From positions 1 to 26,329 of the forward strand of contig CAZMFH010000005.1 in the NCBI GenBank assembly GCA_964565485.1: a stretch of DNA of 26,329 bases, read 5' to 3'. Below, in pieces: positions 1-6,719 of this stretch. The first letter of the stretch is position 1; every line of letters starts with the position of its first letter. This stretch comes from an uncultured Verrucomicrobiota bacterium (GTDB taxonomy: Bacteria > Verrucomicrobiota > Kiritimatiellia > JAAZAB01). Under the pieces are notes generated by a model that made no database searches, was not told where the DNA came from, and saw nothing but the letters and a program-made list of their open reading frames with translations. The position numbers and the translations under genes are program-made.

Positions 1-450
1 AATAAAGCCGGCGAGTTCCGCAGCCTTCTTTGTTACAGCAATCTGCGGCTGTTCAAAGGCGGCTGGGATTGTAATGACTGCGGCATCGATTTGTTCGCCG
101 CGCTTGCGTTCGACTGATGCTCTGAGTTCTTTCAGGATTTCGGCAGAGAGTTCTTCCGCCCGATATTTTCTGCCTGTATAGGGGAACAGGAATGTATCAT
201 CCGTTCCCATTCTGCGTTTAAACTCGATGTGAACGTTGTCCACGTCCTCCCACCGATGGGAGCTAAAATAGCGATAAGCAGTCTTGCCGACCTGACAATG
301 GCCTTTGTTGGAATAAGCAACGGCTGACGGTGTAATACGTTCATTGTAATTGTTCTCAATCACCATCGGCCGCGAACCCGGGTCAACACAGGCGATTTCA
401 CTATTTGTAGTGCCGAGGTCAATTCCGTAGTCTATTGTTTGTCTATTCAT
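1..450 (-). CDS. Hsp70/DnaK-family protein, non-canonical; N-terminal 150 aa only (continues past the left edge)
   Basis: Not in the ORF track. Manual translation from ATG 450 gives MNRQTIDYGIDLGTTNSEIA...ITPSAVAY...EFKRRMG...AAVITIPAAF...TKKAAELAGFI. This contains the Hsp70 phosphate-1 motif GIDLGTTNS plus the TPS, FKRxMG and AVITxPAxF motifs. AAAGGA RBS lies 9 nt upstream, and the frame is open to base 1. Confidence 0.93.
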   Translation of the reverse strand, partial: MNRQTIDYGIDLGTTNSEIACVDPGSRPMVIENNYNERITPSAVAYSNKGHCQVGKTAYRYFSSHRWEDVDNVHIEFKRRMGTDDTFLFPYTGRKYRAEELSAEILKELRASVERKRGEQIDAAVITIPAAFEQPQIAVTKKAAELAGFI

Positions 451-473
451 GGTCGGTATTCCTTTCTGTTTGG

Positions 474-980
474 CTAAATTGTTTTGGGTTGCGATGGCGG
501 CCCCTCGATAATGACGTCCCCCGCCTGCACAAACTTATCGTTGAAAAATATTGTTGGCTTTAGTGTTTCACAGATACGGTCGGACGCAAGAGACGCATTC
601 GGTTGCGACGATATGACATTCAGTGCCATTCCTTGGACAAAAGGCTGGCCGATATAGTCGACTATTTTCACGCCAAGTTTGTCAAGATTATCCAATGCAG
701 ACAGGATTGGACGCAAAACCTTCTTCATTTCGAGGGACACGGCACCTTCTTTTCCTGTACCAACAATGCGTTGTTTTGCTCGCCATAGATGCGTTGCCAA
801 CTCCGATAGGGTCCGCGTGTCGCATGAATCAATGGCACACCGGCAGCATTCCGTCATTTTCTGAGTGGACGTGGCAGTCATGAACCCCTGAACGATTTTA
901 TCAGCACCCTTGGGGAATTGTGTTTTTTGAAATGCCAACGGGTTCGGCCTCCGCAGTTCCATTCGCCTTCGTTTATTCAT
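474..980 (-). CDS. GrpE-like nucleotide exchange factor (divergent)
   Basis: The C-terminal half LDNLDKLGVKIVDYIGQPF...ICETLKPTIFFNDKFVQAGDVII follows the GrpE pattern (LxxxGVxxI..G..F; final beta strands ..ExxxxGYxxxxxxxRxAxVxV). It sits directly upstream of the Hsp70 and has an AAGGA RBS. Confidence 0.65.
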   Translation of the reverse strand: MNKRRRMELRRPNPLAFQKTQFPKGADKIVQGFMTATSTQKMTECCRCAIDSCDTRTLSELATHLWRAKQRIVGTGKEGAVSLEMKKVLRPILSALDNLDKLGVKIVDYIGQPFVQGMALNVISSQPNASLASDRICETLKPTIFFNDKFVQAGDVIIEGPPSQPKTI

Positions 981-995
981 AGAGTACTTCCTTTC

Positions 996-3149
996 TCATC
1001 GCATGGCATTGTAGCGAGCGACCTTTGCGTTCACGTCATCAATCAATTGTTTGTATTCATTATAGGTGGATTCCCTTTGTGCAGCCAAAGCGCGCAGCCG
1101 TTCAACATATGAGTTGTACGTAGGCACGAGGTCATTATAGGCAGAGACGTAGTCCGCTTTTTTGTAATTATCCATTTGTTGCCTATATGATTCCAGACTT
1201 CGTTCCTTTTCATCAATCTGCTTATCAAATGCTTTAATACGTGCTTCGAATTCTGTGGCTCGACGTTTTCCAAAATTAATTTCTTGAGCAAGCTTACTTT
1301 GAGGCGAGTGGTTAGGCGGCGTATAGGGTTGAGGCCGCTTGTATGATCCTACGCTATAAGGCAAGGGATAACTTGCTGCTGGCGAAATAGAACTCGAAGA
1401 AGATGAGCATGAATTGATGTTACCGATGACGATAAAAAACAAAACGATTCCGCACAATATCACCGATCCAATCAATTTAGCGCGCCTTTCCGAGCGAATA
1501 TGCTCGACACGTTGTTGGCACGTGCGGCGATCATTATCTATGGCCGCCAAGAAATCACCGTCCTTGCAAAGTTTGCCGGCTCTTTGAATGGCCTCCAAGG
1601 CAAGATCGTAATTTTTGCTCTCATTATACAGCGCAATGGAAATACTTCGAAGACAAACAGCACAAATATCAGCAACGATCTTATATGCTTCCGACGTGTG
1701 GCCGACTCTGTCTCCAATGTCGTTCAACCTTGGCAACACCATGCTAAGAAACTTTCGATAACGCTCCTCCGGAGTCGAGCGTGGACCGATAATTTGATCG
1801 CCTGCCACAAAACCGGTTTCTTGCATGATTGCATCACACAAGTTCTGAACTGGCTTAACCTCTCTCTCGGTGACCTGCCAGTGGGCATTAGCCTCAAGCG
1901 TTGCCAGATTCTTAGTAAAGCGATCTTTAAGCGCCTCGCTGTGCGCAATCGCCAGAAGTTCTCGATTTGGTTCGACCATTGATTCCCAGTCTTGAGTCTT
2001 TTCTCCGTATGCGATAAGACCAGTCATAGCTGCGTCTGCGACGGCATCATGTGCTGAGAAGCCGATACCGAGAACACCATTAGCATTCAAGACCGATAGG
2101 CATTTCAAAAGTGGTCGAGTGTTTTCCAGCAGTTTGATCGCCGCCGACAACCCGGTTTCGGGATTCTGCAGGACTTTTTTTTCCATGAGTTTACTGATCA
2201 AATGCACTTGATTCGCAACAGGAGTGGTGGCCTGCCGTAATGCGTTGTGACGATGTTTGTCGCTGAATTTGGAGACCTGAATCGTTTGGGCATGGCGTTC
2301 TGCGTGCAAATGCAGATCGTTGTTACAATAGACGATTGCCAGTTGCGCGTTGATCGACAAGAGTGATTCAGGTAGTTGTTCCCTGATAACTTCGATTTTG
2401 TCCGGGGTTATTGTCTCATCGAGCTCGGCTGCTCGGTTGGCCAACTCCGCCCAGAAGTCCATATTGATCCAGAGTTGGGACCAACATGAATCCGCGGATT
2501 TCCATAACGCCGAGAGTTCTAGTTCTTTTTCTGGTAGCGGCGGTGGCCGCTTGGGAATGCGAAGTTTTTTTTTGCAGTTTGGACAATCAACAATGTTGCC
2601 AAACATATCTGGCGTGGCCTCAAGATGTTGTTGGCAATGAGGACAGTAGAACTTGGTAGAGCGTTGAGGTCTGTATGAATTTTCCGCTTCCAATGCTGTA
2701 AGATGATAGAAAACTGCCAAATTATGCAATGAGACGGCGTTTCTACGTTCTGATTCTATGGCAGCAAGCCATGTGGTCCTGGCTGTTTCCTTGTCGCCAG
2801 AATGTAATGCCTGAAGAGCAATGTCCGGTTGATGAGCATTCTGGGGCCAGAACCAGAACAACTCCTCGACTATGCGGCGGTATGGATGGCTGAGTTTATG
2901 GTCAACAGCGTGTTTAATGTCCTCATCATCGGGCGGTGTTGCTAATGGAAATATTGACGATTGCAGGGAAGGCGGGATAATGCCAATTCGACGACACTGT
3001 TCGCGTTCTTTGGAAAATTTGATTGCTTCTTTTTGGGATATGGTAACATCAAGTCCGGTTACCCGGAAAGCATTGTATGCGTAGAGATCGGGGTTGCATA
3101 CATCTTTAAGGAACTGCATTTCGTTTTGCTCTGCTCTATGCCCTATCAT
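996..3149 (-). CDS. Multidomain membrane protein: N-terminal J-domain-like region without HPD, TPR-like helical repeats with a zinc-ribbon insertion, one TM helix, Ser/Pro linker, C-terminal coiled coil
   Basis: 717-aa ORF with GAGG RBS. NAFRVTGL...ISQKEAIK and DIKHAVDHKLSHPYRR resemble J helices I/II and III. It has a CPHC-x17-CPNC motif, a hydrophobic stretch LIGSVILCGIVLFFIVIG, and a heptad-rich tail. Confidence 0.65.
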   Translation of the reverse strand: MIGHRAEQNEMQFLKDVCNPDLYAYNAFRVTGLDVTISQKEAIKFSKEREQCRRIGIIPPSLQSSIFPLATPPDDEDIKHAVDHKLSHPYRRIVEELFWFWPQNAHQPDIALQALHSGDKETARTTWLAAIESERRNAVSLHNLAVFYHLTALEAENSYRPQRSTKFYCPHCQQHLEATPDMFGNIVDCPNCKKKLRIPKRPPPLPEKELELSALWKSADSCWSQLWINMDFWAELANRAAELDETITPDKIEVIREQLPESLLSINAQLAIVYCNNDLHLHAERHAQTIQVSKFSDKHRHNALRQATTPVANQVHLISKLMEKKVLQNPETGLSAAIKLLENTRPLLKCLSVLNANGVLGIGFSAHDAVADAAMTGLIAYGEKTQDWESMVEPNRELLAIAHSEALKDRFTKNLATLEANAHWQVTEREVKPVQNLCDAIMQETGFVAGDQIIGPRSTPEERYRKFLSMVLPRLNDIGDRVGHTSEAYKIVADICAVCLRSISIALYNESKNYDLALEAIQRAGKLCKDGDFLAAIDNDRRTCQQRVEHIRSERRAKLIGSVILCGIVLFFIVIGNINSCSSSSSSISPAASYPLPYSVGSYKRPQPYTPPNHSPQSKLAQEINFGKRRATEFEARIKAFDKQIDEKERSLESYRQQMDNYKKADYVSAYNDLVPTYNSYVERLRALAAQRESTYNEYKQLIDDVNAKVARYNAMR

Positions 3150-3170
3150 GAAAAACCTCTGATGCCTTTT

Positions 3171-4265
3171 TTACATGACAACGCCCTTGCGCCAGAGTTG
3201 AATCTGGTACTCGTAACGCAATCGCATAGCCGGAGCAGCATTAACGGCCTCTTCGAGAATATCGGCCGCCTCGATGAGTTTTCCGGCGTCTATTGCCAGG
3301 TGAAAAGCCTTTGCGATCATCTTTTCCGCATTGTTCACGTCGGGAGCTGTGCGTTGGCCTAACGCAATTTTGGACACAGTGACTGAAGATGGCAGTTTTT
3401 TCTCGCCAGTCGGTTCCTTCTTCTTCCACGCCGTTAGGTCTGCAAGCATTGCGCCTGCGTTCTGGTAACGGTCTTTTGGGTTCAAGGTGAGTGCCTTTAG
3501 AATGATCGAGTCAAGAGATGGATCCACATCTATGTTCAGGCGGCTTGGCGGCGTGATTGGCCGCTTCCACCGATTCCCGATGGCAAACTCGCTTGCATCC
3601 AATTCTGGAAATGGGAGTTGGTCGGTTAGCAAAAGATACATTGTCGTGCCAACGGCCCACATGTCGGTGGCCGTGGAATCCTTCTTCTCCAGAAACTCGG
3701 GTGCCTTGAAGGCAAGTGTGCCTTGGGCGCTGGCAATGAGGGTCATGGGATTAACGCGTTTGGCTAGGCCGAAATCCGATATGCGAACTCGTATGCCAGC
3801 GCCGTCATAACCCACGAGAATATTCTGAGGCTTAATATCGCGATGGATTATGGCAGGCCGTTCAGAGTGTGCAACCATCAATCCTTGACAAACTTGTTTA
3901 ATGATATCGACCGTTTGTTCAATTGGAATAAAACGACCGGCAAATGAGCGCCAATAACGATCTAGTGTTCCCCCAGCGACATATTCCATTGTGAAGAAAC
4001 CAGAGGGACCGGCATTCGTCTCAAAGACATCGGCATTGAACACTCGGACAATGTTGGGATGACCAATGCGCGATAGCATTATGGCCTCGCCGAGCGTTTC
4101 TTCCGTCTCTTTAGCTGTGAGGCCGACGCGTTTGAACACCTTCATGGCCTGACGGCCGAGAAAGCGATGGCGGACACGGTATACTTCGGCGAAAGCGCCT
4201 TCGCCTAAGAATCTTTCAATCTCATATGCCTCTTGTATTGTCTGTCCTTCGTTCAAAAGTCTCAT
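3171..4265 (-). CDS. Hanks-type Ser/Thr protein kinase with a short C-terminal TPR-like helical region
   Basis: All core motifs are intact: LGEGAFAEV, AMK, HRDIKPQN, DFG, GTLAFKAPE, DMWAVG. Start moved from 4520 to ATG 4265 (MRLLNEG), which has an AAGGA RBS and places the kinase domain at the N-terminus; 364 aa. Confidence 0.95.
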   Translation of the reverse strand: MRLLNEGQTIQEAYEIERFLGEGAFAEVYRVRHRFLGRQAMKVFKRVGLTAKETEETLGEAIMLSRIGHPNIVRVFNADVFETNAGPSGFFTMEYVAGGTLDRYWRSFAGRFIPIEQTVDIIKQVCQGLMVAHSERPAIIHRDIKPQNILVGYDGAGIRVRISDFGLAKRVNPMTLIASAQGTLAFKAPEFLEKKDSTATDMWAVGTTMYLLLTDQLPFPELDASEFAIGNRWKRPITPPSRLNIDVDPSLDSIILKALTLNPKDRYQNAGAMLADLTAWKKKEPTGEKKLPSSVTVSKIALGQRTAPDVNNAEKMIAKAFHLAIDAGKLIEAADILEEAVNAAPAMRLRYEYQIQLWRKGVVM

Positions 4266-4273
4266 GATGAAAA

Positions 4274-4480
4274 TTAATCCTTGCCATGTTGTCTCTGCCA
4301 GTTCTGCGCGCGATCGAGGCGCCAATGCTCCAAGGTCTCGTGATGCAATCGGCGCGGACGTGAAACTGTAGGATTGAATGAGACGGAGTTGGTCGCCTTG
4401 CCCAATTTGGCCGCTATGGTGGCTTCGGATCCTATATCGCATCCCGCCGAAAAACGAAAAGGCGCGGACTCCAAGCTCAT
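4274..4480 (-). CDS. Possible small ORF (68 aa) with an HTH-like segment, upstream of the kinase
   Basis: ATG 4480 is preceded by GGGAG, and the stop ends 8 nt before the kinase ATG. SEATIAAKLGKATNSV...SRPRRLHHETLE loosely resembles a sigma region-4 HTH. Weak. Confidence 0.3.
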   Translation of the reverse strand: MSLESAPFRFSAGCDIGSEATIAAKLGKATNSVSFNPTVSRPRRLHHETLEHWRLDRAQNWQRQHGKD

Positions 4481-4693
4481 GCCTCTCCCAGTGACCAGCA
4501 AGCCCCATCCAGAAACACAAAGCAAGAAGCCGCGCCCCTTTATCGGAGCGCGTTCCTCACAGTGTCGCCTCTGGATACAAAAATTGCTGGTTTTGGGAGA
4601 GCCGATTACTGCGCGTTAACGCAAAATTATTTTATCAGATATTTGAGTTTGTCACCTCATTGTTATTGGCCAGCATCACGCTGACTGATCAAA

Positions 4694-4722
4694 ATTATAG
4701 AGCTTTCCCCGCGGACAGACAA
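4694..4722 (-). promoter_or_regulatory. Sigma70-type promoter for the kinase-Hsp70 operon
   Basis: On the minus strand TTGTCT-N17-TATAAT (-35 at 4722-4717, -10 at 4699-4694), in the AT-rich gap between the integrase and the kinase. Confidence 0.6.
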
Positions 4723-4832
4723 TCAGAATAATTCAGTGTTTTTGAGCAAGGGCGCAAGTCAGTATATCCCACATGAGTTTTGTCTTGTGGCTTCGGCGCC
4801 AGTTTTGTTCTGCGCCCTTATCGTTTGTTTTT

Positions 4833-6479
4833 TCACGATGCTTTGTCCTTCAGGATCGCCAGCGCCCGCGCTTTGTCCCTATTGCACGTCTTCGGGGTCA
4901 TGCCTTCGATAATCTCGCGTAACTTTTCATCTCTGCTTTTGGCGCCGCTCATCAGCATCCGGGGCATGGCCTTCTCAAACTCGCGGCGAAAATCTTCGCG
5001 CCCTGGTTTGAAATAATGCTTGCGCACAATATCAACCGCCGTATGGCCGGTTACGCGCCTGACCAACTCTTCCGGCATGCCGGCAGAAAGCGCCCGTGTA
5101 ACAAAACTTGTGCGGAAGGAATGCCAGCCAAGGATGCTGCTACGATTCAAGCGTTGTACCGTGCCATCCTTCGCATGGATGGAGCCCCTGATCATGGAAG
5201 GCATAAATTGCGGGGCCGGGCGGCGTAGAACCGACGCGCCGATCAGGTTTTCAATCTCGTGTAGGTGCAAAGAAACAGTGCCCTTGCTTACGCCAAGCTC
5301 GCGGGCAATTGTCGGCAGCCCCTTTCCGTCCATGTAGGCCATAAAAATAGTTTTCATTCGCTCCCGTTTGGCATCGCTCATTCTGCCGGCGACAATTGCT
5401 TTCAGTCCCCGGCGCCGGAGTTCGTCCGGCGGCAATTCCGGCAACGCTGGTCTTTGGTCTGGCTTTTCCTGCTCCCTGGCCTTGAACCGTTCGGCCATCG
5501 CCGCGTCTACGAAGCCCGCCCGGGCCAGGATCATACGTAAATGCCGGTTAAGTCCGTATGGGTCTGCCTGATAAAGTTCCGCTGCTTTCGGGAAGACATA
5601 CTCACTTTCCGTTTTCGGCATGCGGCTCAACTCATCGCGTAACATTGGCAGGATAGGGATCTCCGCCGTTTCGCCGGTCTTGCTCGTGCGGACCTCGATA
5701 AAGCCTGCATTCATGTCCACGCTTGACCATTTCAGCAGGGCACAGTCTCCACGCCGCATGGCCGTACAGACGGCGGTTACAATCGGACCGCGCATAATTT
5801 CATCATCCTGCGCTGCCGCCAGAATGGCTTTGATTTCGTCATCTTGAAAAGGTTTCCGGTGAATAGTGTCTTCGTCTTTCTCGCTCACGTCCTTTAGGAA
5901 ATTCCGGTAAGCATCGGCGTTTGGTTCCAGCCGCCGGAAGATGGTCTTTAGCAGTTTCAAGGTGATGTTCCATGTTCGGGGCGCAATGCCGCGCTTGGCC
6001 TCATCATCCAGGAAGCCCCGGACATGCTCTGACCGGACAGCGGCAAGATCTTCTGTTGAGGGATAGCGCTGACGCATATAGTCGGCAAAGCAGACCAGTT
6101 TGTTCTTGGTTGTCTCGGTGTACTGCGGAGATGGTGTCCGCTTGCGTGGGAACGTGTTCCATGCTTCAGGGAGCGCCGCCACCTTGATGAAGTCCAGTCT
6201 GGTTCCCGTCTTTGCCTCGATTATCCGTTGCGAGAGCTCCTCGACGTGTTTCTTCGATAACTCTTGCTTAAGCAATTCGTCATGTTTATCCTTTGCTGCG
6301 CCATAGGACCGCTGAAAGGCTGCGTTCTGCCAGTTGGCAACGTCAGTCAGGCTCGGCGGGCGCTTGCCCTCGATCTTAAGATCGAGGTTAACCCGCCGTA
6401 ACTTGCCGTTGATCATGAATCGAGCATACCACCAGCGGGACGTTTTTTTATTTCCAACGCCATGAGTTAATTCTCCCAA
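4833..6479 (-). CDS. int: Tyrosine recombinase/integrase of the tRNA-Gly island, with an HTH-containing insertion; start uncertain (TTG 6479, or ATG 6463 via frameshift)
   Basis: Catalytic residues are present: R (TAMRRGD), K (TSKTG), HxxR (HSFR), H (GHT), Y (HYF). N-terminal arm-binding-like beta region WWYARFMINGK. Adjacent to the tRNA 3' end. Confidence 0.93.
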   Translation of the reverse strand: MGELTHGVGNKKTSRWWYARFMINGKLRRVNLDLKIEGKRPPSLTDVANWQNAAFQRSYGAAKDKHDELLKQELSKKHVEELSQRIIEAKTGTRLDFIKVAALPEAWNTFPRKRTPSPQYTETTKNKLVCFADYMRQRYPSTEDLAAVRSEHVRGFLDDEAKRGIAPRTWNITLKLLKTIFRRLEPNADAYRNFLKDVSEKDEDTIHRKPFQDDEIKAILAAAQDDEIMRGPIVTAVCTAMRRGDCALLKWSSVDMNAGFIEVRTSKTGETAEIPILPMLRDELSRMPKTESEYVFPKAAELYQADPYGLNRHLRMILARAGFVDAAMAERFKAREQEKPDQRPALPELPPDELRRRGLKAIVAGRMSDAKRERMKTIFMAYMDGKGLPTIARELGVSKGTVSLHLHEIENLIGASVLRRPAPQFMPSMIRGSIHAKDGTVQRLNRSSILGWHSFRTSFVTRALSAGMPEELVRRVTGHTAVDIVRKHYFKPGREDFRREFEKAMPRMLMSGAKSRDEKLREIIEGMTPKTCNRDKARALAILKDKAS

Positions 6480-6576
6480 GGGGTTAAAAAGGGGAACATT
6501 CCTCTTAAGCTATGTCGGAAGTTATCGGACAATACGGGGCAAGAGTCAAGAAGTAAATTTCCCCTTTTTGAACCCT
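6479..6576. repeat. 18-bp imperfect inverted repeat pair between int and the tRNA (candidate arm-type or regulatory sites)
   Basis: AGGGGTTAAAAAGGGGAA (6479-6496) versus the reverse complement of 6559-6576, AGGGTTCAAAAAGGGGAA; 16/18 identical. Confidence 0.65.
6521..6549 (-). promoter_or_regulatory. Candidate integrase promoter
   Basis: TTGACT-N17-GATAAC on the minus strand, located between the two inverted repeats. Confidence 0.45.
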
Positions 6577-6613
6577 AAAAGGGGCAAGCAGCAAGATTGC
6601 CGGCTACAGAAAT

Positions 6614-6636
6614 CAGCAAATAGCGCGTATTTACTG
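6614..6636 (-). terminator. Possible hairpin terminator downstream of tRNA-Gly
   Basis: On the minus strand CAGUAAAUA-CGCGC-UAUUUGCUG (9-bp stem with one G-U pair), followed by AUUUCU. AT-rich, weak. Confidence 0.3.
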
Positions 6637-6645
6637 GGTTTTTTG

Positions 6646-6719
6646 TGGAGCGGGCGAAGGGAATCGAACCCTCACAACCAGCTTGGAAGGCTGGGGCTCT
6701 ACCATTGAGCTACACCCGC
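6646..6719 (-). tRNA. tRNA-Gly (anticodon TCC)
   Basis: GCGGGTGTAGCTCAATGGTAGAGCCCCAGCCTTCCAAGCTGGTTGTGAGGGTTCGATTCCCTTCGCCCGCTCCA. Cloverleaf with anticodon arm CCAGC-CTTCCAA-GCTGG, GTTCGA T-loop and encoded CCA. Confidence 0.97.

Larger units (their letters stand above)
1..6646. mobile_element. Integrative element/genomic island at the tRNA-Gly 3' end; the other boundary is outside the window
   Basis: The integrase lies immediately downstream of the tRNA and is co-oriented with it. The cargo is accessory. Spot GC counts of 60-nt lines gave 22/60 at 1021 and 23/60 at 2161, versus 33/60 at 10501. No second att copy is visible in the window. Confidence 0.82.

Noticed and set aside
132-359. 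75-aa minus-strand ORF
   Set aside because: It is an alternative frame inside the Hsp70 gene.
2175-2573. T8 and T9 tracts in the J-like gene (also T9 at 21474-21482) as phase-variation switches
   Set aside because: They encode Lys runs, the ORFs are intact, and there is no evidence of slippage. This differs from the integrase A7, where the frame logic is suggestive.
1-3149. Canonical dnaK-dnaJ-grpE heat-shock operon
   Set aside because: The order is wrong, there is no HPD/G-F/CxxCxGxG DnaJ, GrpE is divergent, I saw no CIRCE element or hrcA, and the locus is on an island. It is treated as an accessory system.
4266-4520. 85-aa N-terminal extension of the kinase in the ORF track
   Set aside because: It starts at a non-ATG codon and has no domain-like character. 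ATG 4265 has an SD and begins the kinase fold.
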